From Macrostomum lignano (Eukaryota), in NCBI GenBank assembly GCA_002269645.1, contig NIVC01000067.1:620001-684000 (forward strand): a stretch of 64,000 nucleotides of DNA. Direction: 5' to 3'. Shown here piece by piece: positions 51,468-64,000 of the stretch (positions are counted from its first letter, which is position 1; each line of letters starts with the position of its first letter). The notes under the pieces are model-generated. The model had not been told where the DNA came from. It made no database searches and saw only the letters and a program-made list of their open reading frames with translations. Both the position numbers and the translations under genes were made by a program.

Positions 51468-53807
51468 ATGGCCGACGCAGAGATACAACCTGCGGCTTCA
51501 TCGGCTGCAGCAGCGCCGGACGAGAAGTCCAAGTCCAAGTCGAAGTCCAAGTCGAAGTCGAAGTCCAAGTCCAAGAGACCGGATGATGCCGTGAAGCTGG
51601 GCTGCGGCGGGCTGTTTCGTCGGCGCAAAAAGAAGGCCGCCGCCTCGGACGCCGAGGCCGACGATGGAGACGCCTCGAAGGCGCCGATCGAGAAGCCAAA
51701 AAAGGAGGCCAAGCCGGTGGCCGGGGTCAAGGTGAGGATTGCAGCTGGCGTAAAATATTCTTGAAGAATCTCACTTTTAGAGGAGAAGCTCATATTAGAG
51801 GAAAACCTCATCCGTAGAGAATACAAGTAATCTCACCTGTAGAGAATAATCTCATCCGTAGAGAATAATCTCACCTGTAGAGAATAATCTCACTTGTAGA
51901 GAATAATCTCACTTGTAAAGACTTAATCTCACCTGTAGAGAATAATCTCACCTGTAGAGAATAATCTCACTTGTAGAGAATAATCTCACTTGTAAAGACT
52001 TAATCTCACCTGTAGAGAATAATCCCACCTGTAGAGAATAATTCCACCTGTAGAGAATAATCTCACCTGTAGAGAATAATCTCACCTGTAGAGGAGAATC
52101 TCACTTGTAGAGCATAATCTCACCTGTAGAGAATAATCCCACCTGTAGAGAATAATCTCACCTGTAGAGAATAATCTCACCTGTAGAGAATAATTCCACC
52201 TGTAGAGAATAATCTCACCTGTAGAGAATAATCTCACCTGTAGAGAATAATCTCACCTGTAGAGAATAATCTCACCTGTAGAGAATAATCTCACCTGTAG
52301 AGGAGAATCTCACCTGTAAAGGAGAATCTCACCTATAAAGAATAATCTCACCTATGGAGAATAATCTCACCTGTAGAGGAGAATCTCACTTGTAGAGGAG
52401 AATATCACCTATGGAAAAGAATCAATGTAAGTGCCTTGTAGACTTGCAGAATGGTGAAGTAATGTACAATGTAATTGGAAAACATTTAATTAACTAGTTT
52501 TTATTGCGCCTATTCTCGCATAAGTATAAGCATGAGCTGTTCGGCAATTTAAGGTGAGTAGGTACTCACAGCTCATGCTAATTACATAGGCCATTATGCT
52601 TTGGATAGCCGCGCAGTCATACAGGCGTGAGCTGACAGACATTGCAGTCCACCTTTACTCTCCCATCACGTGAAAAGGCTTTGTTGTTTGCATGCTTCAG
52701 CTAGCTCGTATGCGCAGCTAAAGTGAGAAGTTCATTTAAGTTCACTATTATTTCTCTGTTGAGTACTCTGGCAAACTACTCACAGTAGACTGGAATGGTT
52801 TTCAGCATTATTTTTAGGAATAATTTTACAGACGATTTTAGTAATGCCAACATTTTTAATTTACATATACATGGTCTACTTTCTACTGCGTAAGTAGGCA
52901 ATCATGAAAATGATAGTATTTTTGTTGAAATTATTTTTATCTGGCGCAGGACTCGTGTGTAAAAGAAATACAAAAACCGGAAAACAGCGACGGGGCTCAG
53001 CCGGGGCAGCAGAAAGTTGATGATAAGGAATCGGTCAAGCCAGACCACGTGGCGGAGCAGGAGTCCAAGCTGGCTGCAGTAGACAAAGAGGCGCAACAGC
53101 CTGAAGTGACTCCTGACAAAGAAACTGGACAACTTGAGGGGACCCCTGACCGTGATGCTGAACAGCCTGAAGAGACTCCTGACCGTGACGCTGAACAGTC
53201 TGAAGAGACTCCTGACCGTGATGCTGAGCAACCTGAAGAGACTCCTGACCGTGACACTGAACAGTCTGAAGAGACTCCTGACCGTGACGCTGAACAGTCT
53301 GAAGAGACTCCTGACCGTGATGCTGAACAGTCTGAAGAGACTCCTGACCGTGACGCTGAACAGCCTGAAGAGACTCCTGACCGTGACGCTGAACAGTCTG
53401 AAGAGACTCCTGACCGTGATGCTGAACAGTCTGAAGAGACTCCTGACCGTGATGCTGAGCAGCCTGAAGAGACTCCTGACCGTGACGCTGAACAGTCTGA
53501 AGAGACTCCTGACCATGATGCTGAGCAGCCTGAAGAGACTCCTGACCGTGATGCTGAGCAGCCTGAAGAGACTCCTGACCGTGACGCTGAACAGTCTGAA
53601 GAGACTCCTGACCATGATGCTGAGCAGCCTGAAGAGACTCCTGACCGTGATACTGAACAGCCTGAAGAGACTCCTGACCGTGATACTGAGCAGCCTGAAG
53701 TAACTCCTGACCGTGACGCTGAACAGCCTGAAGTAACTCCTGACTGTGACGCTGAACAGTCTGATGAAGAAACAGCTCTTGCTGCCGTTGTTGTAAGAAC
53801 TCGATAG
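51468..53807 (+). CDS. 2-exon protein, ~373 aa: basic KS/RRRKKK N-terminus plus about 19 acidic 11-aa repeats TPDRDAEQ[PS]EE (exons 51468-51731, 52950-53807)
   Basis: GCCACCAATGG start context; donor AAG|GTGAGG and acceptor GCGCAG|GAC are both phase 0 and in frame with the 33-bp repeat ORF. A possible alternative donor at 53792 would join the profilin exon. Confidence 0.65.
51800..52410. repeat. Intronic 19-bp minisatellite, about 31 copies
   Basis: Unit AATCTCACCTGTAGAGAAT. Confidence 0.95.
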
Positions 53808-54247
53808 CTGATGACGTCATCAAAAAAGTGTGCGGCGAATTCTCTTTGAGTGAAGTGTGCTCACGATTAACTGTCTGACTTGATCAACCTAACCCTACTG
53901 AGTCCGATTGAGGTGACAGTTAAGCTGGTGCAGTTTTTTAGGCGAAAGCTTTTGCCACGGTTAACAATTTTACGGAGTTGAATAGTTTTCTTCATAACAA
54001 ATACCTCATACAGGGACTCCTTAAACAACATCCCTGCATAATTCACAGCTAATATAGTATCACGTGATGTCTTTGATAATTTAAAAGATGAAACCAAGAA
54101 CCTACATTAGTAAGTGAATCGATTGCAACTTGATTAATCTTCTAACAATTATAGTGCTACAATATCGATTGCTGCCTGCTAGAGAGGTTTTTGTGCTTTG
54201 CAGTGCTTTGTAGAACATAACTACTCTTTAAGTTCAGAAACTACTAA

Positions 54248-54575
54248 CAGTAGCAATCGGTCACGTGACTCAAAGCTCTCGCCCGCCCCAGTAAAGACAC
54301 TACTGACGGTAGCAATCGGTCACGTGACTCAAAGCTCTCGCCCGCCCCAGTAAAGACACTACTGACGGTAGCAATCGGTCACGTGACTCAAAGCTCTCGC
54401 CCGCCCCAGTAAAGACACTACTGACGGTAGCAATCGGTCACGTGACTCAAAGCTCTCGCCCGCCCCAGTAAAGACACTACTGACAGTAGCAATCGGTCAC
54501 GTGACTCAAAGCTCTCGCCCGCCCCAGTAAGACACTACTGACAGTAGCAATCGGTCACGTGACTCAAAGCTCCCA
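54248..54575. repeat. 59-bp tandem repeat (about 5.6 copies) carrying GTCACGTGAC, TGACTCA and GC-box-like CCCGCCCC
   Basis: GTCACGTGAC occurs six times (54260, 54319, 54378, 54437, 54496, 54554); the last copy runs into the sequence just before the profilin ORF. Confidence 0.95.
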
Positions 54576-54616
54576 CCCGCCCCACCCTGCAGTGGGAGGA
54601 CGGGCCGCACTCGCAG

Positions 54617-55006
54617 ATGTGGACGAACATCGTCAACAACAGCCTCGTTGGCACCGGTGTCTTCAGCCGGGCCGCGGTCGCTAGCCTCGACAGCGGCGGC
54701 GTCTTCGCCAGCAATCCGACAGCGTTCGCGCCGACGCCAAGCCAGGTGGCGGCTCTGCGCGACAATTTCGACAGTCGGGGCGGCGCGCTGAGCGCGGGTT
54801 TCGGCGTCGGCAGCACCGTCTACCGGCTGCAGGAGGAGACCAGCTCGCCAGAGATCCTGTGCGGGGTCAGCCAGGATGACACCGAGGGTCTGCTGGTGGC
54901 GCAGACCAACACTGCGCTGTTGTTTTGCGCCTACACCAAGGACCTGGACCAGGCTGCGGAGATGCTCGCCGAGCTGCGCAAAAGCTTCATCAGTCAGGGA
55001 TGCTGA
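54617..55006 (+). CDS. Profilin (129-aa domain), standalone or the C-terminal exon of the 51468 gene
   Basis: WTNIVNNSLVGTG, RAAVASLD, VFAS, QVAAL..NFD, GLLVAQTNTALL and a C-terminal LRKSFISQG fit the profilin fold pattern. Acceptor-like CAG lies directly before the ATG. Confidence 0.85.
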   Translation: MWTNIVNNSLVGTGVFSRAAVASLDSGGVFASNPTAFAPTPSQVAALRDNFDSRGGALSAGFGVGSTVYRLQEETSSPEILCGVSQDDTEGLLVAQTNTALLFCAYTKDLDQAAEMLAELRKSFISQGC

Positions 55007-55484
55007 ACTGCTACTTTGAGTCTGAGGCGAGAATGTAGTTTTGAAGGGGCCGACTAATAAATTAAGTAACATTTTTATGTTTTACCGTTTCAAAATACTT
55101 GATTTCAGCCTTTAACTACTGCAAGTAAGAAAGCGAGCCGCTTTGAAGTGTTCAACAAGTAATTTAAAAGCATGTGACTTCTGTTTATAACTCGTGCTTC
55201 GAAATATTGCGCTAGATAAAATTATTAGTTGCGTTGCTTTTTTGCCATCTAATTGACACCATGCAACAGTACAGTACATCATAGCTGAATTAGTAGGCTT
55301 CAGTGCGTAAACCCTGAGCTCTCTTGTCCTATTCTGTAACTTTGATTCAGCTCAAACACTTTGAGGCTAAACTGCTCGATTCAGTTTTAATACACTGGTT
55401 ATTGGCTTTTGAATTCATGCTCTCCTCTGTCATAGGAAATCATGTGTTAAACCTGGCCGCAAAGTTTTTTGAGTGTAGAGATGA

Positions 55485-57400
<1,916 letters not shown>

Positions 57401-58114
57401 TAGGATTATAATTAGCTTTTCAATCTCCAGTGGAACTCTATGGTTCAAAGTGCACCACAGGCCGTACAAGCAGCAGATTGATTGATCGCACCCGAAAACC
57501 GCGCATTCGTCCTGGATTCGCCACTACTGCACTGCGAAGCGGAACAATTTAGGAGTCATGCCGCTGTCACGTGAGCGACTGCCGCAGATTCTGTCGCTGC
57601 CCTACGGGCTGGCTGGCCGGGCCGCCAGCTTTCGAGGCATTTACGGCTCTCAGGTGGGGCGCGCGGCCCTGCCCAGGCAGAAGATTCTCCTGCTTGGCAG
57701 CATGAGCGACAGTGCGTGAGTGCGAAGGATGGGGGAGAGCTTGCGCAAGTTTAATCTGCTGATGTCCCAGCACTAAGCGGTGCCAACACCAAGCAGCCTA
57801 ATCTTCAATTTGACAACGAAACGGGATGGCAGTGGCTTTAAAAATCATGCATTGTGGAGTATCAAGTTCAATATTGATCAAATACTTTCTTTCGCTTCAC
57901 AGGATCCGTGAACCCCTTAACAGTCTCGGCTACGCCCAGCTTAGTGACGAGACAGCTTCCAATGAACTGGCAACGGAGGCGGACCAAAACAAACTCAATA
58001 TTGTGATTACCTGTGCCGGCCAGAGTCACCCCCTGCTGTGTGAGCCAAAACTTTTAACAACAGTGTTTCGCTTAAACATGTATTTCATTTTTTCGATTAC
58101 TTGGTTTTTGTCTG

Positions 58115-58700
58115 AAGGTAGCTACCTGACCCATCTCGCACCTGTCTCTCTCCTCTATCAGACGGTGTCCCAACTACCTGACCCAGTCTCGCACCTGTCC
58201 CTCTCCGCTATCAGACGGTGTCCCAACTACCTGACCCATCTCGCACCTGTCCCTCTCCGCTATCAGACGGTGTCCCAACTACCTGACCCATCTCGCACCT
58301 GTCCCTCTCCGCTATCAGACGGTGTCCCAACTACCTGACCCATCTCGCACCTGTCCCTCTCCGCTATCAGACGGTGTCCCAACTACCTGATCCATCTCGC
58401 ACCTGTCCCTCTCCGCTATCAGACGGTGTCCCAACTACCTGATCCAGTCTCGCACCTGTCCCTCTCCGCTATCAGACGGTGTCCCAACTACCTGATCCAG
58501 TCTCGAACCTGTCCCTCTCGTCTATCAGACGGTGTCCCAACTACCTGATCCAGTCTCGCACCTGTCCCTCTCGTCTATCAGACGGTGTCCCAACTACCTG
58601 ACTCAGTCTCGAACCTGTCCCTCTCGTCTATCAGACGGTGTCCCAACTACCTGACTCAGTCTCGCACCTGTCCCTCTCCGCTATCAGACGGTCCTAACTA
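58115..58700. repeat. Intronic 52-bp minisatellite, about 11 copies (TTLL intron 2)
   Basis: Unit CTACCTGACCCATCTCGCACCTGTCCCTCTCCGCTATCAGACGGTGTCCCAA. Confidence 0.96.
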
Positions 58701-59669
58701 CCTGATTCTCCGGCCGTACACCAGCCACATGTACCGGATGTGCAGCAAGTGGCTTCTTGTCCGCTCTCTTCGCCAGGCTGAGGAGAAGATGCTGCAGAGA
58801 GGCCTCATCTACTCAACAGGATCCGGGGACATTTTCAGTCACGAAGAGTTCACGCCATTCACAGTCAGCATGGCTGACGATAATTTAGAATCAGTTTTGA
58901 GTAGGTTGCATCCCCTTTTGAGGGCATTTATACTAGAATTGAAACAAAAATCTGTGCAACTTCTTGCAGGAAATCACCCTGGCACCTACCTGGCGAAGAC
59001 AGTTTCGTGAGTTTATTTAAAATTGGGATTCGGTCAGTTTGCTACTTTGTCGAGGGGGAGGTGGGCGCTGCCGCGATTGAAGGCCACAGTCGAACCGCAG
59101 GCAGTGAGTAGACTAGCAGTCATGCCCATTCCTCTGACTCCTGAGCATATGCAAGCGCACCAATGCCTACTGTACTCATACACACGCTCACACAGGCTGA
59201 AAAACGGCCCTGACTTTCTAATCGTCAGGCATGTACCCTCGCTGTGCCTTTGGGTAGTTGGCCCTCATGGCTATGAATCGCACGACAACCCTCGGACATG
59301 CTTTGAGGTAGTCAACAAGTCAAGTCAACAAATGACTTGAGGGTTACCTGTGCATGGTATTGCATGCACCTCATGCTTCGTACGTGCGCATGCAATACCA
59401 GAGTGTCGCTCGATTTCAGCGGCAGCATGGGCAACAAGATACAGCTAGTCAGGATCCGACGCGACCACGTCCGGGAAGACCTGCTCAGCTTTTTGACCAG
59501 CAGCGAGTTTCAGGACATGCCCAGCGATCAAGTCATCATGCAGCGCTACATTGAGCGGCCGCTAGTGGCCGACAAGCGCAAGTTCGACCTGTGAGTCTAC
59601 ATGCTGGTGATCAATGCTAAACGAGTTGGAACCGATTCCGCTTGCGGGGACGGTGCGTTCGTCTTTATA

Positions 59670-60655
59670 TACCTGACCCATTCTCTCACCTGTCCGGCTC
59701 CACTATCAGTGTCCCAACTACCTGACCCATTCTCTCACCTGTCCGGCTCCACTATCAGTGTCCCAACTACCTGACCCATTCTCTCACCTGTCCGGCTCCA
59801 CTATCAGTGTCCCAACTACCTGACCCATTCTCTCACCTGTCCGGCTCCACTATCAGTGTCCCAACTACCTGACCCATTCTCTCACCTGTCCGGCTCCACT
59901 ATCAGTGTCCCAACTACCTGACCCATTCTCTCACCTGTCCGGCTCCACTATCAGTGTCCCAACTACCTGACCCATTCTCTCACCTGTCCGTCTCCACTAT
60001 CAGTGTCCCAACTACCTGACCCATTCTCTCACCTGTCCGTCTCCACTATCAGTGTCCCAACTACCTGACCCATTCTCTCACCTGTCCGTCTCCACTATCA
60101 GTGTCCCAACTACCTGACCCATTCTCTCACCTGTCCGGCTCCACTATCAGTGTCCCAACTACCTGACCCATTCTCTCACCTGTCCGTCTCCACTATCAGT
60201 GTCCCAACTACCTGACCCATTCTCTCACCTGTCCGGCTCCACTATCAGTGTCCCAACTACCTGACCCATTCTCTCACCTGTCCGGCTCCACTATCAGTGT
60301 CCCAACTACCTGACCCAGTCTCTCACCTGTCCGGCTCCACTATCAGTGCCCCAACTACCTGACCCAGTCTCGTACCTGTCTGTCTCCGCTATCAGACGGT
60401 GTCTTAACTACCTGACCCATTCTCTCACCTGTCCGTCTCCACTATCAGTGTCCCAACTACCTGACCCATTCTCTCACCTGTCCGTCTCCACTATCAGTGT
60501 CCCAACTACCTGACCCATTCTCTCACCTGTCCGTCTCCACTATCAGTGTCCCAACTACCTGACCCATTCTCTCACCTGTCCGTCTCCACTATCAGTGTCC
60601 CAACTACCTGACCCAGTCTCGTACCTGTCTGTCTCCGCTATCAGACGGTGTCTTA
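59670..60655. repeat. Intronic 49-bp minisatellite, about 20 copies (TTLL intron 5), related to the 52-bp array
   Basis: Unit CTACCTGACCCATTCTCTCACCTGTCCGGCTCCACTATCAGTGTCCCAA. Confidence 0.96.
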
Positions 60656-63239
60656 ACTATACCTGGTATAGTCTCAAACCTTGTACGCTCGATTAGTGCA
60701 ATACCCTTTGAAAACTTTGATTTCGTTTAAGCAAAGCAAGGTGTAAATGATTGAAGGAACCACCTGAGGGAACCCTTTTAAGGAAATCTGCAATAAAGGT
60801 ATCACTAAAAAAAGAAACCCAAACGGAGGTAACTAAGTGAACCCGAACCGATCCATAGCCCAAAGGGAATTGCCTAAAAACGCCACGAGGAAGCCCAGAA
60901 TCGGAACCCAACAAAAAAGGCAAAGTCCCGTCTAGCCCGGCTCCCAGCTGATGCACAAGCATGCGCGCATCCGCAGCCAGTCAGCTGGGCTACTTCGTCT
61001 TCATGCACCCGGGCTTCGTGCGGTTCAGCTCGCTGCCCTACGACGCCGCCTCGCCGGACCTGGCCGTCCACCTCACCAACCAGAGCGTGCAGGCCAAGCA
61101 GACCAGGACGTTCAGCCAGCTCAAGGAGGTCACCACCTGGTTTCCGGACGAGCTCAACGACTACTTCAACAAGCGGCACCGGCTGCAGGATCGCGACTGG
61201 GCCAAGCGGGAGCTGTACCCGAAGATCGGCGCCCTTCCAGGCTACGTGTCGGCCGTGTTCCGCTACTTCCTCGACGATCGCGACTGTCCGAGCAACGCGT
61301 TTCGCATCCTCGGCGTCGACTTTCTGATTGACGACGAACTCAGACTCTACCTGCTTGAGTTCAACGCCTACCCGGCCTGGGGCTGCCAGACCTCCGTGCT
61401 TGCCAAACTGAAGCCCAGCCTGTGGCGCGAGGCCGTCTGCCTGTCCAGCGAGGTGACGATTCGCTTCCGGAGCCGCCTGCCGGTGGCCGAGCAGCACCTC
61501 GTCACCAGGCAGGACTTCGGCCTGGTGTTCAGCTCCGAGGAGCCGGAACTGGCCCGGCGAAATGTTGCTAAGTTGTACAAATGAGTGCTCAGCTGCACTG
61601 CTTGTCATTTTAATTACTTGCACTTTTTTGACTCTGTCATTTCTTCTCTCAACTGTTCTTGATGCATAAATGACGCAGTTTATACAAATATGCGAGATTG
61701 AAATCAGTTTGATTTTTAACTGGCGAAATGGCACATTATGATCTGATTACTTATTGACATTTACATCACGAGCACTAATGATATGCATGTACATTTACAT
61801 GTATCTGATAGTTGCACGAATTCCAAAAGCCATTTAAACAATATTAGATGCTGGCAAAGACTACTCAAGTGAGGACGGCAAACCACGTCGTTTCTTGGAA
61901 ACTTTTATTACGAGGCAGACTTTACACCAGAAATTACATTACGGAGAATTTTCATTTTTAGCACAACATTTTTTATTGCTTTCGTACTAGAATTTGAAAC
62001 ATAATGTACATGTACTTTGTACAGCAGATGTATAATACGAGCGCACTGCATACATGTACATACTGATTGAGGGTTCTCATATACACTTGTAACATAATTT
62101 AGCAGGCAGGTACGTTGCGTTTAGTTATAGTTAGTCAGTTAGTATTTACACACGAGTGCATCTTTAGAACTAACTGTTTTTGTGATGAATGCAATCTTAA
62201 GATATCTGATGCACTGATTAACATTTTTTTAACATATGTACGAGCGTATTCCGTCACCATTTAATGCGCTAGAAATGATCGAACTACATAACATGATGTA
62301 TGCATCTGAATAGATATATATAGACACAACAAAGCTGTGCTTTAAACATAGTCGAGTCAATATCCAAAGGTCAATTGAATTCTGACCCGGAATTTTAGTG
62401 GTACTTTCTGCAGTACTAAGGGTACTGAATTATGCTGTAGGGAATTGAATATTAATCAATGCGTGATTCTTATTCATCATTCACAATTGGACTTTAAATC
62501 ACTTAGTTACCTCAGTCGTCCTTGATCATTCAGTGCACATGCATGCATTGTCAGTATTCAGACGTTACGTAGTTCCATCAATTAGTTGATCAATAATTTA
62601 TGTCATGATGAAGAGGTGCTTAACGCAGGGTTCCAGCAAATTTCAGCAAAGGAATTCAGAATAAGAAATTTGAAGGCGAAAATAAAAGCCTAATTTAATT
62701 AACGTTTTCGGCGGTTTGATTTTTTCCCCGATTGATGAACAACGAATCGGCTATTCCTCACTTCAATCTTAGAGCTAAAAATCAAGGACCACTGTTTTAT
62801 AAATGTTATACTACATTAGTTCTAGCTAAAAGTATTTCTGTAAGCATACATTTTTTAGCAAAACTATACTCACATGTACCAATTTTTGTAGATCAATAAT
62901 GTAGAGAAAAAGCGTTTCCTCAGGCAAAATATTAGTAAAAAACTATTCAAATCTCATTAATCTTATTTTTTAACTTCAGGCATTCAAATTATTTGTGCTA
63001 TGATTCTCCTTTCGTACACAATAATATTGAGCCCCTGCTTTTGATGCTACATATTTCTGTTTGTAAACGAACCCATTCGTTATTTTACAGTTAAACGAGC
63101 GACTTCTAAATAAACTATAGGGTCGAATGATATTTACAAGCAGTGCCTTAACAGGTTTTTGCAATAATCATCCTATCTTTTCCAAATTTATTACGAATAT
63201 TTGTTTTAAAATTCCATCTTTACAACTTTTAAACTTGCC

Positions 63240-63619
63240 GGGTCTCCCTAAAACACGCACCGCACCGCCCCGAACCGCTACACATTATAACTTTTTTTGT
63301 CAATGCAGTATTTGATTGCAAAGAAAACTATTTGTTGTAAGAGTAACGGAATAAATATCTTTAATTATTATCATCAATATTATTATTATTTTTTATATTC
63401 TCGTTTTCATTATTAAATTATATTATTATTATTTTAATAATATTATTATTAATATCACTTATTATTCACCGAATTTTATATTTCATAGTAAAAAAACTAA
63501 ATTTAATAAAAACTTTAAAGCTTAACAGAAAACGCATTTTAAAGTGTCTTCAGTTACAGTCCAATTTGTTTTAATGTGTAGCGCTGCAGGGCGGTGCGGG
63601 GCGTGTTTTAGGGAGACCC
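63240..63619. mobile_element. Mutator-like (MULE) MITE, 380 bp
   Basis: About 47-bp TIRs GGGTCTCCCTAAAACACGC.CCGCACCGCCC...CGCTACACATT; perfect 9-bp TSD AAACTTGCC (63231-63239 and 63620-63628); AT-rich interior. Confidence 0.85.
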
Positions 63620-64000
63620 AAACTTGCCGTTGTAAATTAATATTGTTTTGTCTCAATTGTGTCGTTTTTATATTTTCAATAATACTTTACTCTATAATCT
63701 ATAGACTACACTTGGGGGCGTTGTGGGGGGATTTTATAGATATAAGCTTAGAAAAATAAGTAAAAGCCTTTAATTTTTTTAGTTTGGCCTATAAACTGCT
63801 TTTCATTGACTGCGGCTCATAGGTCTACTGCACTCTGTAGGCCTACTTGTACTTGTTAACTTGTACTTAGACCTAGGCTAGTAGTAGTTTTGATTGTGTT
63901 GTCATCATGTCATAGGTTGCGCTTCTCACCAAATTTTCTAGCACAGAAATGATTATTTGCCACACACAGCGCGCAGCCCACGCATCTCCTCAGTTCTATG

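Larger units (their letters stand above)
57558..61584 (+). pseudogene. TTLL-family tubulin glycylase/glutamylase (TTLL10-like?), ~461 aa, with an in-frame TGA at 59592-59594 (exons 57558-57715, 57903-58039, ~58688-58900, 58970-59006, 59420-59652, 60977-61584)
   Basis: YLAKTVS|GSMGNKIQL, IMQRYIERPL..RKFDL*VYMLV, GFVR, HLTNQ..Q and FRILGVDFLID..LYLLEFNAYP. Splice phases are compatible; the exon 3 acceptor is uncertain. Could be a null allele or an assembly error rather than a true pseudogene. Confidence 0.8.

Noticed and set aside
54506-55072. 188-aa minus-strand ORF
   Set aside because: Antisense shadow of the profilin exon.
60874-61734. 286-aa minus-strand ORF
   Set aside because: Antisense to the TTLL last exon, which carries the family motifs.

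Overview
Eukaryotic (animal) genomic DNA with GC-rich exons in AT-rich, tandem-repeat-laden introns. The style suggests a macrostomid-type flatworm, which is an inference only. No prokaryotic features, rRNA, true tRNA or CRISPR arrays were seen. Most long ORFs in the supplied track are microsatellite artefacts. Manual splice-phase reconstruction supports about 9 genes: a single-exon polyQ scaffold (10346-12181 +); a small 2-exon membrane protein (14141-15290 +); a ZDHHC3/7-like palmitoyltransferase (19808-23455 -) head-to-head with an APT1/LYPLA-like depalmitoylase (25111-30068 +); an F-spondin-like Reeler+Spondin_N gene (32223-37805 -); a 5-exon orphan gene (39107-42845 +); a basic/acidic-repeat gene (51468-53807 +) possibly fused to a profilin (54617-55006 +); and a TTLL-family gene with a nonsense codon in its KFDLR motif (57558-61584 +). 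Mobile DNA includes a nearly intact LOA/R1-group LINE inside a (TTAGTGTC)n array with an apparent ~240-bp target duplication, RTE and LOA relics, a Helitron-like repeat pair in which one copy shows RIP-like CpA/CpG decay, a deleted mariner, a tRNA-derived SINE and several MITEs. The strongest leads are the palmitoylation writer/eraser divergent pair, the LINE insertion geometry, the RIP-like decay, and a private minisatellite in most long introns. All counts and alignments were done by hand.
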